A DNA stretch of 64,000 nt, from NCBI RefSeq assembly GCF_009914755.1, contig NC_060927.1. One strand, written 5' to 3'. The position numbers were made by a program, and so were the translations under genes. Source of the stretch: the human T2T-CHM13v2.0 reference genome, Homo sapiens. The notes under the pieces are model-generated. The model was not told where the DNA came from. It did not search any database and saw only the letters and a program-made list of their open reading frames with translations. Shown piece after piece: positions 30,370-43,600 of the stretch (positions are counted from its first letter, which is position 1; every line of letters starts with the position of its first letter).

Positions 30370-31740
30370 TATTACTCAATGAATTTTTACTGACTTTCAT
30401 ACCCTGTACTAAGCACTGGGGATACCAAAAAATAAGCCACCATGCCTGCTTTCAGGGAGTTCACAGCCTACTGAAGACCACAGATGGGTATTCATTCACT
30501 TGAAAACTACATATTGAGGGTCTACTATGTCCCCACTATAATCGGGGTGCTAGGAAATAAGCAATACACAAAACACACCAGGTTCCTGCTATTGAGGAGT
30601 GTGCATTCTAGTGAAGCCAGACAGTAGGCAAACAGACAAATAAGACAGGTTATTGAGTTCTACCAACTCTATAAACAAGGTGAGATCACAGAGCTGGGAG
30701 GGTGCTATCATGGATCAAGGAAAGCCCCTCTGAGGAGATGACATCTTAACCAAGTCTGGTAAAGAATCAAGCCTGAACATTCTGGCAGCAATCTGGTTGG
30801 AAGGGAGGGACCAGGAAACTCATCTTGAGGCTGCCTTTGTATAGCAAGCCAACTGTTTTTACTTGGATTTTATGTTCATTTAGAGTGGCTGTAGGGGAAG
30901 CTAAGGAGAATATGTGGGTTGGAGAGAGGGCAAATATTCCTCTTCCCACCATACTCACACAGCAAGCCACACTTTGGTGCAGCTTCGACAAAGAAACAAA
31001 CGAGGTGTGTTTAAGGAAGAAATTTAGGCAAAGTCTAGCAAGCCTGGTACCAAATGAAGAAGTAAAAGGTTACATCATGTAGGTCCTTGCTGGCCACGAC
31101 AAAAAGTTAAGATTTAATCTCACTGAAAGGAGAAACCAATGGAAGATTTTGACCTAGAAGTGACATAATCTGTTTTATATATTGAAAGGATAATTCAGGC
31201 TATGGCATGGGGAATGAATTGAAAGAAAGCAGGAGTAGAGGCAGGTAGACTGGGTAGGCAGTGAGAGATGAAAGCTTTGGGATATATTTAGGCTGTAGAA
31301 TCAAAGGACTTGGTGTTAATTAGATGTGTAAGATGAGGACAAGAGAGAAAGCAAGATGATTTCTAGATTTTTGGATTGAACATCTGGGTCAGTAATAATG
31401 CTACATCAGGATAGGAAAGACAAAAAGAGGAACAGATTTATTGGTAGTTAAGAGTGAATCAAGAATTCTGTAAAGGCTTGAAATGTCTATTCAACAAGGT
31501 GAAAAAGAATTACAATACAGTGTGATAATTACTGCTGAGGTAGAGGCATATTCTAAATAATGTAATAACACAGAGGAAAGAGAGATTAATTCTGTGAGAA
31601 GAGTGTTATTTTAACTGACATCAGAGAAGGCTTCAGAGAGGAGGTGATGTTTAGCTTGTATATTTAAAAACAATTAAGAAATGGCCAGTGGACAAAAATG
31701 GCATTAGAGACTGACAGAATGGCATATGTGAAAGGCAGGA
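30370..31740 (-). mobile_element. Cluster of L2 fragments
   Basis: gcactggggatac...cagggagttcacag; caaggaaagcccctctgaggagatgacat; tgacataatctg...aaggataattcaggct. Boundaries approximate. Confidence 0.6.
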
Positions 31741-32200
31741 GGTACACAAATACAGTCTGGGCTGAGCTTTGCCCATTGGGTCACAGCTGTCTCCTGAAAG
31801 TGGCCTGAGGTTTCTAGGCACAGTAAGGCAGGGAGAAAAGTATGAGATAGTCAGTTCATGACCAGTGTTATAGGAGGAGCTTGAGGCTATGAAGATGATA
31901 AGAGCATTAAATGTAAGGTTTAAAGTCCTAAACTTCCAGTTCCAACTCTGCCACTAAGAAGCTAAGCAAGCCACTTCCCTTCTCTTGGCCTATTTCTCCA
32001 TTTATAAAATAAGAATATAAAGCCAAATTATTTCTAAGGCAACCTTTAGTTCTAGAAATCCATATGACAATGGTTAATAGTCCTTTAGTATAAACATATA
32101 ATGTTTATATTTTTATTTATATATACACACACAAACATACATAAATCCTCTACCTTATTTCAAGAAGGATTTGAGGCCACCTTAAAAAAATACATACTAT

Positions 32201-33232
32201 TGTATAATAAAGAATTTGTCTGGTTTTGTTCCTGGTTCCTAGGAACTTCTAAATCCTTGGAATTTCCTGAGATAGAAGTGTCTTTGTTACTCTTGATAGG
32301 TTCCTTGCATAATACATGTTTTATGCTAATGAGGTAACTCAGGATGGGTCAAAGAAAGACCAACCAGGAGATTAAAGGGTTGGGGCTTTGAGTTAGGCCA
32401 ACCTCCAGGAAGGCTGAAGACTGAGTTCAGTCATGTGACCAATAATTTAATTAATCATGCCTTTGTAATGAAACTCCAATAAAAACTCTGGATGCCAAGG
32501 CTCAGGTAAGCTTCATGGTTGGTGGATAAATCAACGTGTCAAGAGGATGATGGGCCCTGCTTCCAAAAGGAGAGTCTGACATGTAAGAACAATGTCTGCC
32601 ACGTAAGAATATTTAATACACATTAGCTATTATTATTAGAATAGGCCTCAATCCAGGCCAATGTCAGCATGTCAAAACATAATTCAATTAATGTTTTTTA
32701 AATGCAGTCCAGATATGAAGCCATATAATTGTCTATTGCAGCACTGTCCAATAATCATTTCTGCAATGATCATAATGTTCTATATCTGTGATGTCCAATC
32801 TGGAAGCTACTAGGCATATGTAGATAGTGAGCACTTGAAATATGGGTATTATACATGAAGAACTGAAATTTTATTTTATTTTTAATTTATTTAAATTAAA
32901 TGAATAATGAAAGTTCCACATCCAAAACCCTCCCAGCCATCACCCTTTGTGTCTCTTCATTTAGCTAGTCCTGATTGATGGCCTTTATAATAAGACTGTA
33001 AGTGTAGCACTTTCCTGAATTTGTGAATCATTCTAGCAAATTTATCAGACTTGAGGGGATCATAAGAATGCCTGAATTTGCAGCCAGTTGATCAGAAGTG
33101 CAGGTGGACTGGGGACACCCGAATTTGTGGCTGGCATTTTAATTGTGGGCAGTCTTTTGTGGGAGACTGTGCCCTTAACTTGTAGAGTCTGTGCCAACTC
33201 CATGTACTCAGCATCAGAATTGTATTACAGCA
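32201..33232 (+). mobile_element. MER21(C)-like LTR, interrupted at 32575-32901
   Basis: tgtataataaagaatttgtctgg...tatgctaatgagg...atcatgcctttgtaatgaaactccaataaaaactctgg...cattctagcaaatt...catcagaattgtatt. Confidence 0.8.
32575..32901 (+). repeat. Local duplicate of about 33557-33868 (MIR tail + unique DNA + partial MER3)
   Basis: Shared blocks such as aatgcagtccagatatgaag, aattgtctattgca, ctgtgatgtccaatctggaagc and gagcacttgaaatatgggt occur in the same order. Confidence 0.92.
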
Positions 33233-33369
33233 TTATGGTAATAAAAATAAAATAAATAAACAGCTATAGCCAGGAGGAGCAGGGGTACACAAATAGTGTC
33301 ATGAAAGTAATGCAGTTACTATTCATACCCTGAGAATAATTCCAAAGCAGTTTCATAGGGATTTCAGAA

Positions 33370-33610
33370 GTAGCATGATGTGGTTTGAGTTAAACTTATA
33401 GGACTCAAATTTCACCTCCACTATTTTACCATCTGGGTGACCACAGGCAAGTCTTAACCTCTCTGAGCTGCCACTCCCTTATGTAGAAAATGGAGTTGAT
33501 AATAATGCCTACTTCATGAAATTAAGAATTAGCCAATTCATAAAAAGTACGTAAAACAGTATATGACATGTAAGAATGAATATTCAATAAACATTAGCTA
33601 CTATTATTGG
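33370..33610 (+). mobile_element. MIR
   Basis: gggtgaccacaggcaagtcttaacctctctgagc...caataaacattagctactattatt. Confidence 0.8.
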
Positions 33611-33710
33611 AATAGGCCACAATACAGGCCAACGTAAGTATGTCAAAAAACAATTCAATGAAAGTAATTTTTAATGCAGTCCAGATATGAAGTTCTACAA
33701 TTGTCTATTG

Positions 33711-33908
33711 CAACACTGTCCAATAGATGACCACCATGATCAAAATATTCTATACCTGTGATGTCCAATCTGGAAGCCACTAGGCACTTATAGATACTGA
33801 GCACTTGAAATATGGGTGTTGCAACTGAAGAACTGAGTTTTTTTACTTTCTTTTATTTAGATTTAAATAGCCACATGAGACTAGATACTACCATATACTG
33901 GAAAATAG
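33711..33908 (+). mobile_element. MER3 hAT-Charlie MITE
   Basis: cactgtccaatag...agccactagg...tgagcacttgaaat...actgaagaactga...aaatagccacatg. Confidence 0.8.
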
Positions 33909-35711
33909 AGAATGCAAGTGTATACTACACAGGCCACATGCCCTTTGGGTGCTCTCTCATGAACAATATTTCTTATAACCAAGCTTCTGGCAATGACTGG
34001 GCAGGCAAGAGTTCAAGTCCGCTTAATTCTAAGTGGCTAGTTAGGGGCGGAATCATGTGTTATGTGCATCTGAGTAGAGAGTAGGATTAACATTTTGTTT
34101 TGAAACTCAAGAAGCCTACCCCTCAGGCAGGAGCCTGGAGAAAAGCCCACCGTCTGCCACATAGAGATGGGCCAAGATAATATTTACAGATATGGATAAG
34201 GCTTTCTTTAGTCTAAACAGTCCAGAATTTACTATAATGTATAATAATAACAGACTCAAAAGTTCTACCTACCTTTTCAAGTTGTGGTGAGAATTACAGG
34301 AGAAAATGCTTATAATTGCTTGGCACATTGCCTTGCACAGCAAACAGTCAATAAATTTTAGCTCTTGTTATCATCATTACCAGAATTATTCTATGCTATA
34401 AAATATACTGTAATAATTTCAACCTGTAAAACTATGTAAGCACCCATTAATACGGTCAATACAGTTCCCATATAATACAGAATTTCGAACAATGTTATTT
34501 ACTGATGACCCCTTGAAGATAAGCTAGCGGTAAAATATAAGCTATAAAAAGTAAAAGAGTTAACACTTCTGTAAAGGATTTTTAGTTCTTGACCAATTAA
34601 ATGCTAAAGGCTGTCTGCCAAAACTGATGATTTAGGTTTTGAAGTCACTTATTTAAAGTAAAGCAATTAGGTCACAGAGCCCTTGTCTGTGGAGGCTTAA
34701 ATTCAAGAAAATAAAACTGTATCATCAGCTTTTACTCAAGTGCTTATCTGTCTGTTCTCTATAGCAAGGAAACACAAATTTGGCTCATTTAGGAATAATA
34801 ACAAGTCATTAAGATACACATTACAAAGGAAAATTTGAAACATATCATATTTTGTCTTCCTTGAAGTTATCTAATCTGCCAAGAAACTGTGTCTAATGAC
34901 CTAGATTCTGGCAGTGGTGTTAGGAGACAAGCTACAAGTCCCATATAAGTATCAGTAGCTAGGAGTATGCATGTGGGTCATAACCAATTCCTGTACATAA
35001 GCCAAGGAAAGAGCAATAAAATCAACATTTTCAAGGTTCTCAAAGAACTTATTCACAAACTGATGATACTTACACAATGTTGGTCAACAAGGCAAGAGCT
35101 GTACCTAAAGCCCTGATATTCCTCCTACAAAATATTGTCCTAAAAAATCCAGACTTGCCGTTTAACAAAAAGGAAACTGGCCTACATTTAAATGGGAAAA
35201 TGTAGAGAGAGCAGAAAGAATTTTTTATTAGAATCATTCTAGGTATTATTTCAGGTATTTGTTGACTCCCAGGTAGTAGGAATTATGAATAGGCAAGGAT
35301 CTAAGCATATCATGGAGAGCAGTGCTGAATATTCAAAAAGCAGATGAAGTTTATCTGTTCTTTATTTAATCAGAGACACTAGGACTCAGACTAAAGTTTT
35401 TCATTTCAAGGCAATTGATCATGGTTTTTAAAGCTAGGACTTTTTTTTTCAGTTTCACTCTTCTTGAACACTAAGAAATAAACTAAGAATCCTATAGCTT
35501 TCATCTCCCATATCTTATCTATGAAAAAACACCAAAATAGATAGCTTCAAAACATGCTTGTCATCAACTCTGAATTGCACTAAGATTACAAGGAAACAGT
35601 ATGGTGGGAAAGAATGGCTGACTGGTCCCTTTGGATACCAGAAATTATATATAATAATTTAGATCATATCAATTATACAACAGTAAAAAGCACTATATGA
35701 TTAAATGGTAT

Positions 35712-35960
35712 AGCATTAGGAATACTTTAGGCTACATGGAGCAGAACACATGCCTATGGTGACTTAAATATTAGTAACTTATTTCTTCTCACATAAGGGG
35801 AAGTCCAGAAGCATGCAGTTGTTAGTTCTGGTTTAGTTAGCTCCAGAGCCTCTGAATTCCCTTGATATTTCCTTCATGGAACCAGGTTTTGCAACTCCAA
35901 TCATAAGGTCCCATCTCAGCTTAATGAAGGAAGAAAGAGAAGAGGTGGTACTTATTGAGG
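35712..35960 (-). mobile_element. Old MLT1 (J/K-like) fragment
   Basis: ttaggaatactttaggct...gacttaaat...ctcacataaggggaagtccaga. Confidence 0.45.
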
Positions 35961-36029
35961 AGTCTATCTCTAAACCAAAATCCTACAAGTGACCATTCAG
36001 ACCCAAACACAGACAGTTTCCAGGCTTTG

Positions 36030-36600
36030 TGTGGCAGGCTTCATGGGGGGAAGCTTTCCTCCCTATACCAGACTTGGTACACAGTGAGTGCACTGCAATT
36101 TTCTGGAAGGAGTTGCAGTCAAGGACTGAAACATCCTCTCCGAAGCCAGCCATACTAATATGGATATCTGCATTCCTAGCCCTGGCACCTCCATTCAGAG
36201 GCCTCCTTATCAGAGGCCTTGGCTGAGGCACTTCCCAGACATCTGCATTGAGCTCTCCTTGTCAGAGACCTTGGCTAAAGTACTATTCTACACTCTGACT
36301 TAATGCTTTTCTACCTCTAACCCTTTTCCCTCTCTCTGGCCTCCTGGGTCCATAAAAAGGCAGGATTCTTCTGTTCAGGGCTCTAAGCAATAAAATATTT
36401 CCTCACCTGCAATGTATCCATCTCACCCTTGCAAAGTGCTGTTTCATGGGAAAAGTACTAGAGATTAAATACTAGGGAACCAGTGCCACTTTTTGCTTCT
36501 TGCTTGCTGTGTTGCAATAAATCAATAAAAGCCTTGTTTGTTACTTTCATTTGGCTCATTGTCCTAATTGGCCACCTCAACACCAGGCATCTTGACAGGA
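36030..36600 (+). mobile_element. ERVL-type solo LTR (MER54/MER74 class, tentative)
   Basis: tgtggcagg start, cataaaa TATA-like box near 36351, aataaa near 36516, end ...ctaattggccacctcaacacc...ttgaca. Confidence 0.55.
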
Positions 36601-36814
36601 TGACAAACCTTACCAGGGACACTACAGCAACCTTCCATTCTAACCCTACTGGCCTCAACTGAGATACACATGGACACTCCTAGACGAAACTGTCTACAAA
36701 GACAACCATCAGTGACTGTCATAATTTGGAAATGAATTCTATAAGGAGAATATAGGCTTAGGAGTTCAGAAAAGAGAGCAGTTTGGCTGAACTATCAGGA
36801 GATGGTATCATGGA

Positions 36815-37056
36815 CCTGGAGTACAGTGGCACGATCACAGCTCACTGCAGCCTCGACCTCCCCAGGCTCAAGTGATCCTCCCACCTCAGTCTCCCGAATA
36901 TTGGGGACTACAAATGCACGCCACCATGCCTAACTAATTTTTGTATTTTTTGTACAGACAATGTTTCACCGTGTTGCCCAGTATGGGCTCAAGTGATCCA
37001 CCCACCTCAGCCTCCCAAAGTGCTGGGATTACAGGTGTGAGCCAGTGCACCCAGTA
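36815..37056 (-). mobile_element. Tailless AluJ with 18-bp TSD
   Basis: Ends at ...ctgtactccagg with no A tail. Flanked by aggagatggt(a/t)tca(t/c)gga at 36797-36814 and 37057-37074. Confidence 0.88.
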
Positions 37057-38639
37057 AGGAGATGGTTTCACGGAAAGATTAAACTTACACCATGCTCTAA
37101 AAGATAGGTAAGGTTTAGAGATGAGAGGGCATGACAGACGGAAGAAATAGTCTAAGGAAAGGTTTTGAGGAAGGAATAAACTTCTGAGACAGAGAAGAAA
37201 TTACCCTGCTTCTCTGGAAAAGAACAGGAGAAAGAATGTTTTGATTAAGGTAATAGAATACAGTTGGTCCCCCAAGGAATGGCGGAGGATGCTACTTTTA
37301 TAGAATAATCTTTAGCAAGTCTGTTCTGACAAGTAAACTAGGAAATGCCTATAAAAGATACTCTATTGTCTATCCAAACATGTCAGTAAACATTTATGTC
37401 AAACGACTAACCTTAATACATGCAGATTACACTCTTCAGAAAAACCAAGCAAAACGCGCCTTGTGCAATATAATGAAGAAAGTGCCATTCTGCCACTATC
37501 GCTGCTTCAACTCCAACTGTGATCCATGGGGTATCCATTCATGGAATCAAAGCAGCATATGGCTCTGAAAATATCAGCCTCTGATCTTACAATGAACAGG
37601 GTAATCTTTAAATTAAAATATCAGATCAAAAATGTTCCCGAATAACAATGAGTTTAAGTTGATGGGTTTTTGTGTTTGTTTTAGGCTTTTTTTTTTTTTT
37701 TTCGGAAAGAGAGATTCTTATTGGTCAAATGAAAAATGTATTCAATAATTGCAGTAGATAAAATCAAAGCAATATTTTCTCTATATTACCTAAGAGGTAT
37801 GTTTCTCTCCTATTCCTTACTCATTGGCAGTGAAGGTATAAACAAAGAGTGGAAATAAAACCAGTGAGTGGGATTCTTTCATGTCTCTTGTTATACCTCC
37901 TATGGAGTAACATGCAGTTAGACACAAAAAAGCTCAAGGGCCAAGATCTCTCCTGCCATGTCTAAGTGTGTGACACCAGAAGGAAATGGGAACTCTGCAG
38001 AGATCATTCTGAAGGAAGTTATCTCTTGATTTACTAAAAGCTGCCTTTCAAGATGGTTCCCAACAGTCTCAGTTTGAAAGTAGATACTCCTTCCTCCCAG
38101 CCCCAAGTTGACAATTAGATATTCCTGCTTATTAATCTACCTAAGTGACTGTTCCTGAAAATTAAAATGTGGTATGCTTTCATTATGCAACCATCTTGGA
38201 AATGGCAGGAAATAACAAATTGTAAACCCACAACTGTAGCCTTCTAAAAGTGAAAAGACTGACAATGGCCCGACAAAAAGAAGACATTTTAATTAATATG
38301 CCTCCCTGTAGCTTTGCCTTTCTTCTGGTGTGCTCAGCTGGAGTAATTAGAGGAAGATCTGAGGGGAGCCTACCTCAGAAGCCTCACTCAACCCTCTCCC
38401 GCTGAGTCTCACCCTTCGCTGGCAACTGTCTCCACTGAAGAAGAGACTCAGCATATGCTGTAATGTACATCTGCTCTGGGGAATAATCCCTTTCAAGAAC
38501 CACCATGAAGTATTCTGTCCAAAAAGAAAAAAAAAGAGTCTACTCACTTTAAAAATAAGAAAAAGAAATAATCATTTAAGAAAGATACCCTTCCAAGCTA
38601 TTATCCCTCTGAAATGCTTCCTCTTCCACTATTTTTTCT

Positions 38640-40645
38640 CATTTAACAACTTTTTAAAGTGCAATTTATAATACCATAAAATTCGACCACTTGAAGTTTA
38701 CAGATCAAATGAGTTTAGGTAAATGTATGCAGTTGTGCAGCCATCACCACAATCAAGCTTTAGAACTTTCTATCACTCAAAAAGTTGCCTTGTATCCAAT
38801 TGCCTTCAATCCCTGTTCCTACTCACAGCTCCACAGAAACCTGATCTTCTGTCTCTATAGTTCTGTCTTTTCCAGAAATTTTATATAAATGGAATCATAC
38901 TATATGTATTCTTTTGTGTATTGCTTCTTTCACTTTTGAAGTTCATTCATGTTGTTACATGTATAAGTAGTTTGCTCCTTCTTATTGCTGAATGGTATTC
39001 CATTACTTAGACCACATTTTAGTTATCTATTCCCCAGCTGAAGGATATTTACGTTGTCCAACTTTGAGGTATTATAAGTAAGATGAACATTCAGATACAA
39101 GTCTTTGTGTGCACATATGATTTCATTCCTCTTGGGCAAATACATAGGAGAGAAATTTCTGGGTTGTATGGTAATTACGTGTTCAACTTTTTAGGAAACT
39201 GGCGGGTAATTTTTCAAAGTGGCTATATCATTTTCCATTTCCATCAGCAATGTATGAGGGCTCCAGTTTCTTCATAAATCTAAATAACACATAGCATTCT
39301 GTCTTTCTTATTATGTATATTTTAATAAGTGTGTAGTAATATCTCTCCGGTGTTTCAATTCTCATTTCCCTAATGACTAACAATGTTGAACATTGTTTCA
39401 TGTGCTTATTTGCTATTTATTGATCTTTTCTGGTGAAGTGTCTAGTCAAGTTTTTGCCTATTTTTTAATTGGATTATGAATCTTCAGGTTATTTAATTGT
39501 AAGAGGTCTTTTCGTACCTGGACATAAGTCTTTTATCAAACATATAATTTTCAAGTATTTGCATCCATTCCTTTTTGCTTATCTGTTTTTTCATTTTCTT
39601 AATGTCATCTTTTGTAGAACACAAGTTTTCATTTATCTTTTATTGTTCATGTGTTTTGCATCCTATCTAAAGGTCACAACATAAAGGTTCATGTGTTTTG
39701 TGCCTAGCCCAAGGTCACAAATTTTTTCTCTCATCTTTAATTCTGGAACTGTTATACTTTGAGCTCTTACATTTAGATCTATGATCCACTTTGAGTCGTA
39801 TTTTGCATATGGTGTGAGGTAAGCATCAAGATTTTTTTTTTTTTTTTTTTGCGTATGGCTACTGTGATGGTTACTTGTAGGTGTCAACTTGACGGGATTA
39901 AGGGATACCTAGATAGCTGGTGAAGCATTATTTCTGGGTGTGTCTGTTACAGTGTTTCCAGAGGAGACTGGTGTGTGAGTCAGTGAATTCAGTGGGCAAA
40001 ATCTGCCTTCAATGTGGGCAGGGCACTCCCCACTCTGCTGGGAGCCCAGATAAAACAAAAAGGCAGAGGAATGGTGAATTTGTTCTCTCTCTCCTGGAGC
40101 TGGGACACCCTTCTCCTACCCTTGATCATCAGAACTGCAGGTTTTCCAGCCTTTGAACTATGGGACTTGCACCAGCAGCTCTCTGGGTTCTAAGGTTTTC
40201 ACGCTCAAACTTAGAGTTACACCATGAGTTTCTCTAGTTCTGAGACCTCTGGACTTGGACCAAGCCATGCTACTGCTTTCCTTGATTCCCTAGCGTGCAG
40301 ATGGCCTATCATGGGAGTTCTCAGCCTCAATAATTGCATGAGGCAATTTCCTTTATGGATCTCCTCTTATGTACCTATCTATCTGTCTATCCATACTATC
40401 CATACAGGATTCTGTCTCTCTGGAGAACCCTGACTAATGCAGATACCAAATTGTTCCAGCATGTTTTTCTGCTGAATTACCTTTCAACTTTGTCAAAAAT
40501 CAAGTGGCCATAAATGTGTGGATTCATTTCTAGACTATCCTGTTCCACTGATCTATAGTTTATATTAGCTAATACCACATTGTCTTACTATAACTTTATA
40601 GTAAAGTTTTGAAAACTATATAGCATAAACCCTCCAACTTTGTTC
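38640..40645 (-). mobile_element. Old L1MB/ME 3' end and ORF2 (host element; resumes at 46466-47300 and 48548-48790)
   Basis: ataccataaaattc...gcagccatcaccacaatc; ccatcagcaatgtatgagggctccag; reads continuously across the later insertions. Confidence 0.8.
39863..40441 (+). mobile_element. MLT2B-like (HERV-L) solo LTR
   Basis: tgtgatggtta...gtcaacttgac...ctggagaaccctgactaatgca. 5-bp TSD gctac/gatac. Confidence 0.9.
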
Positions 40646-43600
40646 TTTGTTTGTAATTTTTTATAGGTACCTAGTAAATGTATATATTTATAAGGTATAT
40701 GAGATATATTGGTATAGGCATACAATGTGCAATAATCACATCAGAGTAAATGGGGTATCCATCACCTCATGCATTTATCATTCCTTTGCATTACAAACAT
40801 TCCAATTTTACTCCCTCACTTATTCTAAAATGTACAACAAACTGCTATCTATAGTCACCCTATTGTGCTATCAAATACTAGATCTTATTTATTCTATATA
40901 ACTATATTTTTGTACTCATTAACCATCGCCACTTCCAACCCCCACACACTACCCTTCCTAGCTTCTGGTAACCATCATTCTACTACTCTCTATCTCCATG
41001 AGTTCAATTGCTTTAATTTTTAGTTCTCATAAATAAGTGAGAATATGTGAAGTTGGTTTTTCCATGCCTGTCTTATTTCACTTGACATTATGTCCTCCAC
41101 TTCCACCCATCTTGTTGTAAATGACAGGATTTCATTCTTTTCTATGGCTGAATAGTACTCCATTGTATGTATGAATCACATTTTCTTTATCCATTTATTG
41201 GTTGATGGAAACAGGTTGATTGCAAATATTGACAATTGTGAATAGTGCTGCAATAAACATGGGAGTGTAGATATTGCTTCAATACACTGATTTCCTTTCT
41301 TTTGGGCAAATACCTAGGAGCAATACTGCTGGATCATGTGGTAGTTCTATTTTTAGTTTTTTGAGGAACTTCCATACTGTTTTTCATAGTGACTGTACTA
41401 ACTTACATTCCAACCAACAGTACGAGGGTTCCCTTTTCTCCACATCCTTGCCATGTCTTTTCGATGAAAGCCATTTTAATTGGGGTGAGATGATATCCCA
41501 TTGTAATTTTAATTTGCACTTTTCTGATGTTAAGCACCTTTTCAAATACCTGTTTGCCATTTGAGCAATGTCTACTGAGATCTTTTGCCCATTTTTTTAA
41601 TCTGATTATTGGATTTTTTTCCTATTGAGTTGTTTCAGCTCCTTACATATTCTGGTTATTAATTGCTTGTCAGATGGATAGTTTGCAAATATACTCCCAT
41701 TCTGTGGGTTGTCTCTTCACACTGTTGATTGTTTCCTTTGCTGTACAGAAGCTTTTTAACTTTATGAGATCTCATTTGTCCATTTTTGCTTTGGTTCTCC
41801 ATGCTTGTGGGATATTACCAAAGAAATCTTTGCCCAGACCAATGTCCTGGACAGTTTCTCCAATTTTTTCTTTTCATTGTTTCATAGTTTGAAGTCTTAG
41901 ACTTAAATCTTTAATCTATTTTTATTTGATTTTTGTATATGGCAACAGATAGGGGTCTCATTTCATTTTTCTGCATATGCATATCCAGTTTTCCTAGTGC
42001 CATTTATTGAAGAGACTGTCCTTCCCTCAGTGTATGTTCTTGGCACCTCTGTCAAAAATGAATTCATTGTAGATGTTTATGGTTGTATTTATGAGTTCTC
42101 TACCCTGTTCCATTGGTCTATGTGTCTGTTTTTATGCCAGTACTATGTTGTTCTGATTACTATAGCTCTGTAGTATAATTTGAACTCAGGTAATGTTATT
42201 CCTCTAGTTTTGTTCCTTTTGTTCCAAATGGCTTTGGCTATTTTGGGTCTTTTGTGGTTCTATATGAATTTTATGATTATTTTTTCTATTTCTGTGAAGA
42301 ATGTCATTGGTACTTTGATAGGGATTGCATTGAATCTGTAGATTGCTTTGAATAGTATGGATGTTTTAACAATATTGGTTCTTCCAGTCCATGAACTTTT
42401 ACTGTAACCCATCAGTTTTGGTATGTTGTATTTCCATTTTCATTTGTTTTAATGAATTTTTCAATATCCTTCTTAATTTCTTCATTGGCCCATTGGTCAT
42501 TCAGGAGCATATTGTTAATTTCCATGTGTTTGTATAGTTTCCAAAGTTCCTCTTCCTACTGATTTCTAGTTTTATTCCATTGTGGTCAGGGAAGATACTT
42601 GATATTATTTCCATTTTTTTTAATGTTTTAAGACTGATTTTGGGGTCTAACATATTCTCTATTCTTGAGAATTATCCATGTACTGAGGAGAAAAATGTAC
42701 TGAGAAGCAGCAGCCACCATTGGATGAAATGTTCTGTAAATATCAAGTATCAAATAGACCATTTGGTCTGTAATGCCAATTAAGTGTGATAGTTCTTCTT
42801 TGTTGGTTTTCTGTCTAAAGGTCTCTCCAATGCCAAAAGTGGAGTATTGATGTTCCCACCTATTGTATTGGGGTCTATCTTTCTCTTTAGCTCTAATAAT
42901 ATTTGCTTTATATATTTGGGTGCTTCAGTGTTGGATGATATATATTTGCAATTATTATATCTTCTTGCAGAATTCACTTCTTTATCATTAATGACTTTCT
43001 TTGTTTCTTTTTCTGTTTTTTGCCTTTAAATCCATTTTATGTAATATAAATATAGCTACTCCTGCTCTTTCTTGGTTTTCATTTGCATGGAACATACTTT
43101 TCCATCCCTTTATTTTCAGCCTTTGTGTGTCTTCATGTAAGTGAAGTGTTTTTCTTGTAGGCAACAGATTATTGGTCCTGTTTTTTACATCCATTCAGCC
43201 CTGCAATGTCTTTTAATTGGAAAGTTTAGTCCAGTTACATTCAATGTTACTATTGATAAGTAAGGACTTTCTCCTGTCATGTTGTTATTTGTTTTCTGGT
43301 TGTTTTGTGGTCTTCTCTTCCTTCCTTCCTTTCTTCCTGTCTTCCTTTTTGTGGAAGTGGTTTTCTCTGGTCATGTATTTTAATTTCTCTTTTCATTTTT
43401 AGTATATCTGTTGTAGGTTTTTTTTATTTGAGGTTACCATGAGGCTTGAAAATAACATCTTGTAACTCATTATTTTAAATTGATAACAACATTGATTACA
43501 AAAACAAGCAAACAGAAGACTAAAAAAAACTCACAATTTAATTTCAACCCCCTGCTTTTTAACTTTTTGATATCTCTATCTTATACTTTTGATGTCTTAA

